Source of the DNA: Octopus vulgaris | Taxonomy: Eukaryota | Assembly: GCA_951406725.2 (NCBI GenBank) | Contig: OX597814.1 | Location: forward strand, 79,174,001-79,238,000 | Reading direction: 5' to 3' | DNA length: 64,000 bases | Shown here: in pieces, positions 1 through 13,050 of the stretch | Layout of the letters: the number at the start of each line of letters is the position of its first letter | Position numbering within the stretch: position 1 is the stretch's first letter | Position numbers and translations under genes: made by a program | Notes under the pieces: generated by a model | Seen by the model: the letters and a program-made list of their open reading frames with translations, nothing else | Told to the model about the DNA's origin: nothing | Databases searched by the model: none

Positions 1-50
1 AACCCATGCTAGCATGGAAAACGGACGTTAAACGACAATGATGATGATGA
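1..50 (+). mobile_element. RTE LINE 3' tail fragment
   Basis: AACCCATGCTAGCATGGAAAACGGACGTTAAAC(GAT)n, same as the tail of the RTE at 20416-21727. Confidence 0.8.
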
Positions 51-571
51 TACTACTATTTCTTAGTTCTTCTTACTATCTAGTGTTCTTCCAATCATCA
101 TACCGGCATTCATCATGCCTTAAAGAAAGGATATTGAAGCTAATTCCATAGTGTTCACTGACCTCCTTCACTACTTAATATTCAGTACACTATCATAAAA
201 CAATAACACCTGCCTTTGCTTCAATGACAGGTAATAATGAAAAAGATTGTTAATCTCATCTCTTCATTATTATCTTGGAATACTAATGTGTCCCTTCTCT
301 CCACCATTCTAACTAGCTGTTAGTAGATATGAATAATGAATAATAGTGGATGCGTTGTGTTTAGTATACTAGTCATGGCTGAATGGATAAAAGGTTTGCC
401 TTTTTTTATGTTTTGATGTTTCGTGATCATCCCACTGTGAAATACTCTCTACCATAACGTCAGATTGATCTAACCCATATAAGTGTAATTAAATATGTGG
501 AGGACAGTCATAATGTATGTACTGCTAAATCAAAGGGATAAATCTTGTTATACAGTATAAAATATATAGTT

Positions 572-914
572 CTACTGCATGGCACCTTGGGCAAGTATTT
601 TCTACCATATAGCCTTGAGCCAACCAAAACCTCATGAGTGGATTTGGTAGATAGAAACTGAAAGAAACCCATTGTATATATCTATGTGTGTGTCTTTATG
701 TCTGTCTTTGTCCCCACCATCACTGCTTGACAACTGGTGTTGGCATATTTATGCCCCTGTAACATAGAGGTTCAGCAAAAGAGACTGAGAGAATAAGTAC
801 TAAGGCTTAACAAAAAATTTAAATAAATCCTGGGGTCAATTTGTTTGATTAAAACCCTTGAAGATGGTGCTCCAGCATGGTCACAGTCAAATGACTGAAA
901 TGAATAAAAGAATA
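572..914 (+). mobile_element. Composite tRNA-derived SINE (family B), 5'-truncated
   Basis: GGCACCTTGGGCAAGT...GTGGATTTGGTAG...GAAACTGAAAGAA, TG tract, then ...GGTGCTCCAGCATGG...AAATGACTGAAA tail; recurs at 1176, 36098, 44466, 62902. Confidence 0.75.
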
Positions 915-1175
915 ACCAGAGCAGGAACAGGTTTGAAAAAGTGCAAGGAGTTATCTCCTCTGCTGGCAAAAGGAGATTAACTTTATGAGTAAAGGATAAA
1001 TTGTATGTTGTGCAATGTTTAATAGAAAGCAAAATATAAGAATGAGCATAAGTAGAGGATATGCAAAGGTTGGCTAGACATGAAATGAGCAACCCCGAGT
1101 ACTAGAAATCAGAGCCTTTCATTATAATGTGTTAAAGAATACACTACATTTGTATTGTGTCTATCACTTCTGATT

Positions 1176-1553
1176 CTTTTACTCGTTTCAGTCATTTGAC
1201 TGTGGCCATGCTGGAGCACTGCCTCAAATGGTTATAGTTGAGGAAATAGAGCCCAGGACTTATTCCTTGTAAGCCTAGTACTTATTCTATTGGTCTCTTT
1301 TGCTGAAATGCTAAATTATGGGGATATAAACACACCAGCATCAGTTGTCAAGCGATGGTGGAAAGACAAACATAGACACACACAAACACAAATATACATA
1401 TAAACATATATACAAATATGCAACGGGCTTCTTTCAGTTTCCGTCTACCAAATCCACTCACAAAGCTTTGGTTGGCCCAAGGCTATAGTATAAGATTCTT
1501 TCCCAAGGTGCCATGCAGTGGGACTGAACTTTGGATCATGTGGTTGGTTGCAT
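1176..1553 (-). mobile_element. Composite tRNA-derived SINE (family B)
   Basis: Reverse complement of the element at 572-914/62902-63295. Confidence 0.75.
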
Positions 1554-1554
1554 C

Positions 1555-1598
<44 letters not shown>

Positions 1599-3728
1599 CA
1601 TAGCAGAATCACCATCCCACTACATCTACACATTCAAAGCAGTTTGCCAATGGTTCTTCAACAACGCACCTTGAAAAACTCAGTGGCTACTACTAAATTC
1701 AGGCCATGGCAGACAGAGAGAATGTTCTTGAAGCTGAGAATTTGAACTTATGGAGACAATATTTACATATTACCTGAGGAAATACAACTAGGTCTCAATG
1801 CAGGGAAATGGTTGCATAATCAAGTCCCTGCATGCCTGGAGAACTATGTTGTATAGAAACAATTGTAGTGATTGAAAATAAATGTCCAACTGCACTTCTT
1901 GTTGACGCCAAATTTTTTCAATCAACTATTCACACACAACTGATGCCCAAATGCAAACCTGGCAGTATGTATAATACTACTACTGGATAGCACAGGGTGA
2001 AATCTGAAGGTGGATGAGGTTTATACTGTACTCTACTATGTTCTTAACAGAATATACCATAACTATATATATACTGTGCACTTGAAAAATCCTTCTGAAA
2101 CATGATTCCATACTGGTATCCAGGAATTTATACACAGCAATCTTCGGGTGACTGACAGAAATGTCATTTGTTTTATCAACTACAACTTTGACCGAGTTTG
2201 CTAAAGATTATCATGTCCAAGTTTCTGGATACAGGCATGGAAAAATTGGTATGGAAATATATACAGGCACTAAATATGTATAAAAATATGAAAACACATC
2301 AGTTGTAGTTTATTGTATCAATGCCTGGAAAATGGAGGAGAAACCAAGTCAAACTTCTATTTACAAGCAAGTTTGGACAGTTTGTCTCCTAACCAATCTC
2401 CTGTCTCTCCTTACACACCTACACACTTTATTATCTCTCTCTCTCTCTCTCTCCTCACACACCTACACACTTTATTATCGCTCTCTCTCTTTCTCTCATT
2501 CTCTTGCTTTCTCATTTTTTTCACAAGCTCTCTCACTCTCTTGCTCTTTCTTTCTCTTGCTCCTTCGCTCATTCCCTTGCTCCTTCGCTCTCTCTCGCTC
2601 TCTCTTATCTATATGTTGTCAGAATGAATAAAACCCATTATGAATTAAATGAATCATTAAATGGTAAAAGTTCTAATAATAAGTCTATTTACAGTAGCAA
2701 ATTAGCCATGCCAGAAATTGGCACGGAGGTCTGGTGTAGGAGGGGAGGAAAAAATTATGTGGGGGGAGGGTAAGCAGAATAGAGACAAGGTTTGGTAATG
2801 GTAGAAGGGGGTGGGCAGATGTTTAGCATATTGGAGATTGAGGAGAAAGAGAGTGAAAAGGAGAGAAAGAGAGAAAAAAGGGAGTGCGAGAGAGAACATG
2901 TCTGTTCTCTCATGGATAAGCAATCATTAAGGAGATGAATTTGTTATATTGGAAAACAAAACAGCAAAAAATTACAATAAAACAAATAACAGAATACAGC
3001 TAAAGGTGGAAATAGCATTTGTCAAATAAGAAGTAGGGTCAACTTAATGGTTACACCAAATACGGCCACCAATACCACAATTACAATGGCCAAATACCTT
3101 CACCAACACCACCATCACTGTCACCATCAATTTCACCACCACCATTGTCCCTGTTCCCATCACTATCCCCTTTTCTGTTGGTGATGAAGCAACATTGGCC
3201 AGTGGTGAGAGGCAGTCGGGTAGGGCATTAGATTTTGCAGTGAATTTTCCCTCCACCCTATGAGGATCCCCACTTCTACCAGCCCACTGTTGCTACAACC
3301 ACCATCATCACCAAGGATCTCTGGCTACTCATCATTGCTGCAAATATGTGGACACTTATCTAAAGCTGATGGTAAGAGCCCTGTCTCTCTCTCATCATAA
3401 ATCCATCTCTCACTAACTTTTCCTTTCACTCCTCCAGTCCATCTCTCTCTATCACTAACATAGTCCTTCTCCTTCTCTCTCAGCCTCTTTCTAACCCAAT
3501 ATCCATCTCTCTTTCATTTCACGAGCCCATCTCTCTCGTTCCTCACACATATTCTCATAATAAATCCATCTCTCTCTTTTCTCTCATTCCCTCAATTCAT
3601 CTTCTCACTCTGTTAGGCCACTCCCTCAATCCATCTCAGGCCATCTCTCTTTCTCTCACAACCAGAGTCCATCTCTCTCAGCCTCTCTCCAACCCACTGT
3701 TTATTTCTCTCTCATAGTTCATTAGATC

Positions 3729-3745
3729 ATCTCTCTCTCTCTCCC

Positions 3746-3793
<48 letters not shown>
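3729..3793. repeat. (CT)n microsatellite within pyrimidine-rich tract 3370-3800
   Basis: Directly visible. Confidence 0.95.
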
Positions 3794-3799
<6 letters not shown>

Positions 3800-5565
3800 A
3801 TCAATCTATCGCATTTCTGATCTAGATATACAACAGCTTGCACATCTGGTAATCATCATTAAGGTTTGATAGATAAATTTTTTAAAAAAAGGAAGAAAAA
3901 TGAAAACAGGCAGCTGATAATGCTCACATCACTCCCTCCATGCATCCAATATATTGCAAAAGCATTAATAATGATAGTAGTGATAGCAGTAGTGGTGGTG
4001 GTGGTGCAGCAGTTGCAACAGCAACGAGATGAATGGTGAAGGGTGAAGTTTTAGATTTATGGCTTCTTTCCACAAGAAACAATATTAACCTACACACACA
4101 CACACACAGGGAGGAAAGAGAAAGAGAGAGGCATACATGTAAAAATACTCACATACACAGACATACAAATATACATAGATTATAAACAGGCTCACATACA
4201 CATGTGTACATACATGCATACATTGATGCATAAAATATACATATATACACATACATTCACATACATGCAAACATACATATACAGGCATATATACATGCAA
4301 ACATATATATACAGGCATATATACATGCAAACATATATATACAGGCACACACACACATACATGCATACAGACATGCACACATGCTTATTTACGTACAAAT
4401 ATATACAGCCATACATATATACACATACATAGAAGCATATGTACATATACATACAAGCGCATACAATGAAAATGAAAACAAAAAAAAAATACTGAAAATA
4501 AAGTAAATCAAGAAATCAATTTTCCTGTTAATTTGCAGAATTAAAAATAAAACTCATAAATACCAGTAAAAATGAGAGAGAAAGTATAAAGGACAAAGGG
4601 AAAAGGATGGAAAAACTAGAAAAACACCATGAGAAAACACTATATGAAAAAATGTTTTCTAAAGGATCTTACCCGTCATCTTACTACTATAGAGGATACA
4701 GCCTCACTACTATTAGGCAAAACTAATGTAAATTATACTGAGCAGAGAGTTCTCTATCTGACTGAGGCAAAATTTTCTGATGAACATGAGTGTATACTTA
4801 CATTTGATAGCTATAATGAGTGAGAGATAGATAGATAGATATATAAGGAGAGAGTAACCAGCTGTTCATGTATGGATACTTTCTTCCTATTACACTGTTG
4901 CACAATGTTAGCTATAAAATGCATGGACACACTCTGTGCACACATAGAAGTCTATTCACTCTTCACTGTTGAAAAACAATTTCAACAACATGGTAAAATG
5001 AGCTAGAGTTCAAGCCAAGGAAGAAAGCCTTTGCAGAATTTCTTTACCTGCTGAAAATAGCAACCATATTTCCCTAAAAATCAGACCCAGCAATCTTTAA
5101 GAAGGAATGACATATTAGATAATGTAGTCTCCTACATTCCTTATGTCTGGAAAAGAGAAAAAAACAGATATGGACATAACTAGAATGGTCTCTCAGATAT
5201 ATATGTATGTACATGAGAGTGTGTGTGTGCAGATGTGTGCATGTTCCTTTGAGCCTGTTTGTCCCCCACCCCCACCCCGTGCTTGATTCCTTTACATTCT
5301 CATAACTTAGTGGTTTAGCAAAAGAATAAGTATCAGATTTAAGAAAAATAAGGAGTTGTGGAGTGGGTGGGGGCAACCTGCTTGACTAAAACCAATCAAG
5401 GTAGTGCCCGAGCTTGGCCTCAGTTCAATGACTGAAACAAGTAAAAAATAAAAGATACTTGAATATTGACTTTTTATACTGGAAAAGTAGGACAAGTGGA
5501 AAGGACCATAGATATGTAGAAGTATATATATATATATATATATATACATATATATAAAACATAAG

Positions 5566-5828
5566 AACACAAATAGGTTAAAGGTTCACCACAGCTGTCT
5601 CAGACATTTTTTTATTGATGAATAATTCAATTACATCATGAAAAACAACTATTTTCTTCAGGTGAATTGAAAATTAAAAATTTGGTTCATGGTATTTTTC
5701 TCCAAATCAAATTTTTTATTTCTAATTCACCTGAAGAAAATGATTGTTTTTCATTATGTAATTGAATCATTCATCAATAAAAAGATATGTCTGAGACAGC
5801 TGTAGTGAACCTTTAACCCATTTGTGTT
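5566..5828. repeat. ~120-bp-arm inverted repeat carrying two degenerate hammerhead-like motifs
   Basis: 5566-5685 is the imperfect reverse complement of 5707-5828; each arm has TTCAC-CTGAAGA...GAGA-CAGCTGT(A/G)-GTGAA. Confidence 0.85.
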
Positions 5829-5923
5829 TTCATTTTAAGTAAACACCATTCATGGAACCTTCCCCATGTTGGATTAGAACTTCTATGAGATCATGAAACT
5901 GCATGTCGGTGTGCATGAGTATA

Positions 5924-6573
5924 CACTTTCTTCTCAGCTTACGGCCGAGTTCTGTTCTGATGAACAGGTCATAACTTGGATTTATATTTTTCAACACTAT
6001 TTTCTTTCAAACAGGTTTTAAATCTTCCACCCACATGAATAACAACTTCTCCATTTCATGGATGGGTCCCTGTCATTGTTTGGTTAAAATTATAGACTTC
6101 ATAGGAGTAGGACCTTTCACAGCTTCATAAATTCCATTTTTGTCCTTAAATACCATTGATACAGAGAAATGCGATAACTTCAAGTCCTGTGCTATAGTAT
6201 TCACCTACTTCCTGCCTTCAAACTGCTGGATAATCTTCATTTTACAGTCTAAACCGATAGCCTTCCTCAACTTCCTAGGTGGTGCATCTGTAGATGAAAG
6301 TATCTTCCATTTACCAGTCATTTTAGGGGTATTTAAGATACAATTGTAACAGATCCACATGCAACTGATACTTGAAAGTGACTGAGTGAGAGACAATGGC
6401 AGGCAATGGATGCTGGGGTCTCAGGGAGACTGGGTTGCCAGATGCTGCCACAGTATTCATACATGCAGCTGCACAATGTCCCAATATCAATTTATGTATT
6501 TATTTTTTTATTTTTTGTGGTCATAAGTGTGCATGGTCATAAGTCGCATAGGTTGTAAGTTGAGGATAAGGGG
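5924..6573 (-). mobile_element. Tigger/pogo DNA transposon, internally deleted, with transposase N-terminal HTH remnant
   Basis: From ATG 6321: MTGKWK...RKAIGLDCKMKIIQQFEGRK*VNTIAQDLKLSHFSVSMVFKDK...GPIHEMEKLLFMWVED (CENP-B/Tigger HTH). Degenerate terminal repeats (CTCAGCTTACG / GTAAGTTGAG) flanked by TA. Confidence 0.8.
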
Positions 6574-6797
6574 TATAATTTCATGACCATGTATATCTAT
6601 ACACATGTGTATGTGTAAGTGTACGAATACATCCATACATACATGAGTATATATTGGTATATTTGTATATAGTATATACGTAGTTGTGCAGATGACAACC
6701 CTCACTTGGTGTCCTTAATATTCAAAAATTTGGATTCAAAAGAATCCAGCAAATAATTTTATGTGAGGGAGTGTGCGCACATATGTATGTGTGTGTG

Positions 6798-7040
6798 AGG
6801 GGATATGGCCCAGTGGTTAGGATGATGCACTCATGATCTCACAATCATGATTTGAATTCCAAGACCGGGTGGTGCATAGTGTGCTTGAGCAAAACGCTTC
6901 ATCACATGTTGCTCTGTAATCACTTTCACATCTTACATGTGGTACACCATGCACCTGTTCAGACAATGCCAATTTGATGGAGGGAGTGACCTAATTTGAT
7001 CATTGTAAACAAATCATTTGGACAGGTCATTTGGCAAAAG
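6798..7040 (+). mobile_element. tRNA-derived SINE (family C), degraded
   Basis: A-box-like TGGCCCAGTGG, B-box-like TTTGAATTCC, then TGTGCTTGAGCAAAACGCTT. Confidence 0.6.
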
Positions 7041-7051
7041 CTGAAGCAAGC

Positions 7052-7816
7052 TGTGTAAAAAAGTGTTACACGCTAGCAGCTGAAGGAACCTGTCGAAGGG
7101 GTAGACCCAGGAAGACCTGGGACGAGGTGGTAAAGCATGACCTTCGAACATTGGGCCTTACCGAGGCAATGAGTAGTGACTGAGACCTTTGGAGATATGT
7201 TGAGTTTGAGAAGACCCGACAAGGCAAGTGAGACCATAGCCCGTGGCCTATGCCAGTGGGTGTAATGAGCCCACTTATGAGTACCACTCATTCATTGGAC
7301 AATAAACTAGGCTTGTGAAGACCTATTGAAATCAAATAGTGGAATCAAAATCGCTGACGTGGTCAATGACGATACTGCTTGGTACTTGTGCCAGTGGAAC
7401 ATTAAAAGCATATCTGAGCATGATCGTTGCCAGGGAAACAGATTGGCTCCTGTGCCAGTGGCACATAAAAAGCACCATTTGAGCATCATCAGGGCCAGTA
7501 TCACCTTACTGGTGAGAAACTATATTCAAGCGTGATTGTTGCCAGCGCTGCCAGTCTGGCTCCTGTGCAGGTAGCACGTAAAAAACCCCATTTGAGCATG
7601 GTTGTTGCCAGAACAACCACACTGGGCCTCATGCCAGTGGTACATGAAAGCACCGACTAAACTCTCACAATGGTTGGCATTAGGAAGTGCCTCCAGCTGT
7701 AGAAACTTTACAAGATCAGATTAAGCCTGGCGCAGCCTTCTGGCTCACCAGTCCTCAGTCAAACCAGCCAACCAACGCCTGTATGAAAAGTGAATGTTAA
7801 ACAATGATGACAATGA
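7052..7816 (+). mobile_element. RTE LINE 3' end (ORF C-terminus + 3'UTR repeat array + tail)
   Basis: CVKKCYTLAAEGTCRRGRPRKTWDEVVKHDLRTLGLTEAM...EKTRQGK*, near-identical to the end of ORF 21029-21691; followed by the UTR array and ATG-like tail. Confidence 0.9.
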
Positions 7817-8158
7817 TATATATATATACATATACATACATATATATATACATGTACATATACATATATACATGTACATATACATCTATGTACATGTACA
7901 TATACATATGTATACACATATATACATGTACATATGTATACACATATATACATGTACATATACATATGTATACACATATATACATGTACATATACATATG
8001 TATACACATATATACATGTACATATAAATATGTATACATATATATACATGTACATATACATATGTATACACATATATACATGTACATATACATATGTATA
8101 CACATATATACATGTACATATAAATATGTATACATATATATATATACATTTACATATG

Positions 8159-8205
<47 letters not shown>

Positions 8206-8211
8206 TTACAT

Positions 8212-8242
<31 letters not shown>

Positions 8243-8261
8243 CATATATATACATTTACAT

Positions 8262-8306
<45 letters not shown>

Positions 8307-8307
8307 C

Positions 8308-8389
<82 letters not shown>

Positions 8390-8585
8390 ATATACTTTAT
8401 ATATATATATATATATATATAAGTAAGTATATATACATGTATATATACATGTATATGTATATGTAAATGTATATATATATATGTATACATATTTATATGT
8501 ACATGTATATATGTGTATACATATGTATATGTACATGTATATATGTGTATACATATGTATATGTACATGTATATAGATGTATATG

Positions 8586-8628
<43 letters not shown>

Positions 8629-9284
8629 GTACATGTATATATATATGTATGTATGTATATGTATATATATATATCATTGTCATCATTGTTTAACATTCAC
8701 TTTTCATACAGGCGTGGGTTGGCTGGTTTGACTGAGGACTGGTGAGCCAGAAGGCTGCGCCAGGCTCAATCTGATCTTGTAAAGTTTCTACAGCTGGAGG
8801 CACTTCCTAATGCCAACCATTGTGAGAGTGTAGTCATTGTGAGAGTGTATATGTGTGTATATATATATGTATATATATATATATGTATGTATATATAGGT
8901 ATATGTATGTATATATAGGTATATGTAAATATATGGGTATATATCTATGTGTATATATATGTATATGTATACATATGTATATATACATATATATATATAC
9001 ATATATGTATACATACATATATATATATACATATATGTATACATATATATATGTGTATATATATAAGTATACATATATATATATATATATATATATATGT
9101 GTATGTGTATATATAAGTATACATATATATATATATATATGTGTATGTGTATATATAAGTATATATAAGTATACATATATATATATATATGTGTATGTGT
9201 ATATATAAGTATATATATGTATATATAAGTATACATATATATATATGTGTATGTGTATATATAAGTATATATATGTATATATAA

Positions 9285-9321
<37 letters not shown>

Positions 9322-9608
9322 TATACTTATATATACATATATATACTTATATATACACATACACATATATATATATGTATACTTATATATACATATATAT
9401 ACTTATATATACACATACACATATATATATATATATGTATACTTATATATACTTATATATACACATACACATATATATATATATATGTATACTTATATAT
9501 ACTTATATATACACATACACATATATATATATATATGTATACTTATATATACTTATATATACACATACACATATATATATATATATATGTATACTTATAT
9601 ATACACAT

Positions 9609-9648
<40 letters not shown>

Positions 9649-10150
9649 ACTTATATATATACACATATATATATATGTATACATATATGTATATATATAT
9701 ATGTATGTATACATATATGTATATATATATATGTATATATACATATGTATACATATACATATATATAACACATAGATATATACCCATATATTTACATATA
9801 CCTATATATACATACATATACCTATATATACATATATATAGATATATATACACATACATACATACATACATATATATACATATACATACATACATACATA
9901 TATATACATATATATATATATATACATATACATACATATATACATATACATACATATATATACATATGCATATACGTACATATATATACATATGCATATA
10001 TATATCTATATACATATATATATACACACACATATATATATACATATATACACACATATATATACATATACATAAAACATACATATATATACATATACAT
10101 AAAAACACACATATATATATATACATATATACACACATATATATACATAT
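7817..10150. repeat. Complex TA/TACA/TATG microsatellite block with two fold-back inversions
   Basis: Directly visible; produces the Y/I/H/C/V-rich spurious ORFs. Confidence 0.95.
8676..8835 (-). mobile_element. Inverted duplicate of the RTE tail at 7655-7815
   Basis: Reverse complement shares private substitutions (e.g. AAGTGCCTCC) with 7655-7815; 3 mismatches seen. Confidence 0.9.
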
Positions 10151-10151
10151 A

Positions 10152-10460
10152 TCACCATCACCGTGACCGACCAGGCTATCAGATGTTGCTACACATCACT
10201 GGTCACAATCCGCTTCGCATTGTTTTAGCTTTCAACTGACGCCACCCCGCTGGCTAAACGAGCAGGCCAACAGAAGAAAGAGTGAGAGAAAGTTGTGGTG
10301 AAAGAGTACAGCAGGGATCACCAGCAAGCCCTGCCAGAGCTTCGTGGAGCTTTAGGTGTTTTCGCTCAATAAACACTCACAATGCCCAGTCTGGGAATCG
10401 AAACTGCGATACTATGACCACGAGTCCGTTGCCCTAACCACTAGGCCATTGCGCCTCCAT
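10152..10460 (-). mobile_element. tRNA-derived SINE
   Basis: Minus strand begins GGAGGCGCAATGGCCTAGTGGTTAGGGC...GTTTCGATTCCC (A and B boxes), non-tRNA body follows. Confidence 0.8.
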
Positions 10461-10536
10461 ATATACATATATACACATATATATAAATATACATATATAC
10501 ACACATATATATGCATATATATACATATATACACAC

Positions 10537-10820
10537 ATCATCATCATCATCATCATTTAATGTCCGTTTTCCACACTAGCATGGGTTGGACGGGTCGACT
10601 GGGGTCTGGAAGCCATGGAAGCTGCACCAGGCTCCAGTCTGATTTGGCAGTGTTTCTATAGCTGGATGCCCTTCCTAACGCCAACCACTCCGTGAGTATA
10701 GTGGGTGCTTTTTACGTGCCACCGGCACAGGAGCCAGAGCAGGCTGGCAAATGGCTACGATTGGTTGGTGCTTTTATGAGTCACTGACACGGACGCCAGC
10801 CAGGCGGCGCTGGCATCGAT
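10537..10820 (-). mobile_element. RTE LINE 3'UTR fragment
   Basis: (CAT)n-TTAATGTCCGTTTTCCA...GGATGCCCTTCCTAACGCCAACCACTCC and one pseudoknot unit. Confidence 0.85.
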
Positions 10821-11414
10821 ATACATATATACACACATATATATACATATATACACATATATATACCTATATATATATATACATATAAATACATATATAT
10901 ATACAAATATATATACACAAATATATACACATTTAATGTATATAATGTAAATAATTTAATGTATATAGATTAAATTATACTATTTTAGCTTCACTTAATG
11001 CATTTTATGTATTTATATATATATGTTTATATTGTTTTTAATTACTTGCATTTGAATTTACAAGTAATAATATATTATAGTAATAATATATTATAGTTTG
11101 TTATTTTTTCTTCTATAAGCTAAAATTTATTTTCATAGATAAAATAAATATTTATATCTATTTATTGTAGTTTTATTTATACCACGTTTTAAATGAGATA
11201 AATTTTATAAAAAATAAGTCCTATATATTAAGTTTAAAGATTTAGTTAACAGAATATATTTCTTAAGATAATTCATGTTTTTATTTTGAAATATATTATT
11301 GAATTTTGTTTGATTTTTATTGAAAAAATTACATATTTTTATATATATTCATATTTTCTTACAAGATAATATACACATATTTATTTATTTAATCATATTA
11401 TTGTTTTTATCTTG

Positions 11415-11495
11415 GACCTGATGAGCGACTATATTTAATTTGAATTAATTTTACTGTTATCAGTTTGAAAATATAGCCACGAAACACATGTAGTT
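11415..11495 (+). ncRNA. Minimal type I hammerhead ribozyme motif in AT-rich Penelope-like terminal repeat (~10930-11733)
   Basis: GAC-CTGATGA(11418-24)-GCGACTATATTT...AAATATAGCCAC-GAAA(11481-84)-C-ACAT-G-TA-GTT: intact core, stem II 10/12 paired, stem I 3 bp incl. G-U, GUA triplet. Confidence 0.65.
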
Positions 11496-11733
11496 ATTTT
11501 ACTAATTATATACTATTTATTTATTATTTTGTACTTTACTTAATCATAGGCATATGATTAATTGTATATTTAATTTTTCTCTATATATTTTGATTTAATT
11601 ATATCATTGTTGAATTCCTACATGGTGGTTCTTCTCTAATTTACATACATATATTATATATTGGTAAATTTGATTTAGTATTACTAAATTGAATTTCCCC
11701 CTGTAAGTTTGGATTCATATTCCATATTATTAC

Positions 11734-11764
<31 letters not shown>

Positions 11765-11770
11765 ACCACG

Positions 11771-11870
11771 NNNNNNNNNNNNNNNNNNNNNNNNNNNNNN
11801 NNNNNNNNNNNNNNNNNNNNNNNNNNNNNNNNNNNNNNNNNNNNNNNNNNNNNNNNNNNNNNNNNNNNNN
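11771..11870. other. Assembly gap (100 N)
   Basis: Run of N. Confidence 1.
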
Positions 11871-13050
11871 ATGAAACTTCAATAATTCATGTCTGTAATG
11901 CAAGCAATATGCTACAAATGTGTCCCAGAGAGAAAGGCCACTGTACACAAGAGCAAAATCCCCAAAGAGAGGAAAATTCTAATGAGACGGCATACAAATG
12001 CTTCAAATCGCCTAAACAAACAAATTGAAAGCAGTGAAAAGTCCCGCCTGAAAATAAAACTGTTGGAAATTGGAAAATGTCTGCAACTCTCCCATGAAAA
12101 AGAAAGAGCAAAGAAGCCTGGGCTATAGACAACATAAAATCTAACCCCAGAGCTTTCTACAGGTATGCCAAAGAAACAGCTATGGTGCACTGTAGGATAG
12201 GGCCACTCCTTGAAAAGGATGGCACACTCACAGGAAATCCAATGAGGGTAAGTGAAATACTAAATGAGCAATTCAAGAGTATTTTCACGCCACCCCTAGG
12301 GCATTTTCAAGTCAGCAATCCAACTGACTTCTTTACCACTGCAGATATAAAATCGGAGGCAGCAATGATTGATTCCATCAATATAAAGGAAGACGATGTA
12401 ATAAAGGCTATTAATGAAATGAAAACAAACTCAGCTACTGGCCCAGATGGATTCCCAGCAATCCTTCTAAAAGTATGTAAGAGAGTCCTAGCAAGACCAC
12501 TGCAGCTCCTCTTTCAGAGCTTCCTTGCAACTGGCAAACTTCCAAGAAAACTGAAGGAAGGTAAAATATGCCCTATTCATAAAGGAGGTAGCAGAGCGGA
12601 GACCAAGAACTACAGACCTATCTCTCTGACCTCACACATCAGCAAGGTCATGGAACGAATAGTCAGAAGGAAACTAATCACCTTCCTTGAAGAAAATGAC
12701 TTGCTGCCTGAAACCCAACATGGTTTCCGACCAGGAAGAAGCTGCTTAACTCAGCTCCTACAACACTATGACTGGGTGCTGAAACGACTGCTCAACCACT
12801 CAAATGTGGAAGTCATATATCTCGACTTTGCAAAGGCCTTTGATAAAGTCGATCATGGAATGCTATGTCACAAACTGCATGATCTTGGCATAGTTGGAAA
12901 ATTGGGAGAGTGGCTTCATGACTTTCTGAAGGATAGAAGTCAGGTGGTAGTAGCTAACACGCAAATAGTGAGCGGTGTTCCGCAGGGCACTGTTTTGGGA
13001 CCACTACTGTTCATAATGGCCCTCTCAGACATGCCCTCAGCCACGCAGTG
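11871..13050 (+). mobile_element. CR1-group non-LTR retrotransposon reverse transcriptase fragment
   Basis: ORF 12182-13063: ATGPDGFP, KNYRPISLTS, QHGFRPGRSCLTQLL, YLDFAKAFDKVDH, SGVPQGTVLGPLLF; upstream frame 11889-12128 joins by frameshift; ends before YADD. Confidence 0.9.

Noticed and set aside
7759-10166. Many long ORFs rich in Y/I/H/C/V/M (also near 4085-4452, 46815-47287)
   Set aside because: Translations of TA/CA/TG microsatellites, which lack stops by composition.
10380-10460. tRNA gene (also 30320-30384, 6798-6870, 62902-62960)
   Set aside because: A/B boxes are present, but there is no full cloverleaf and each continues into a repeated SINE body.
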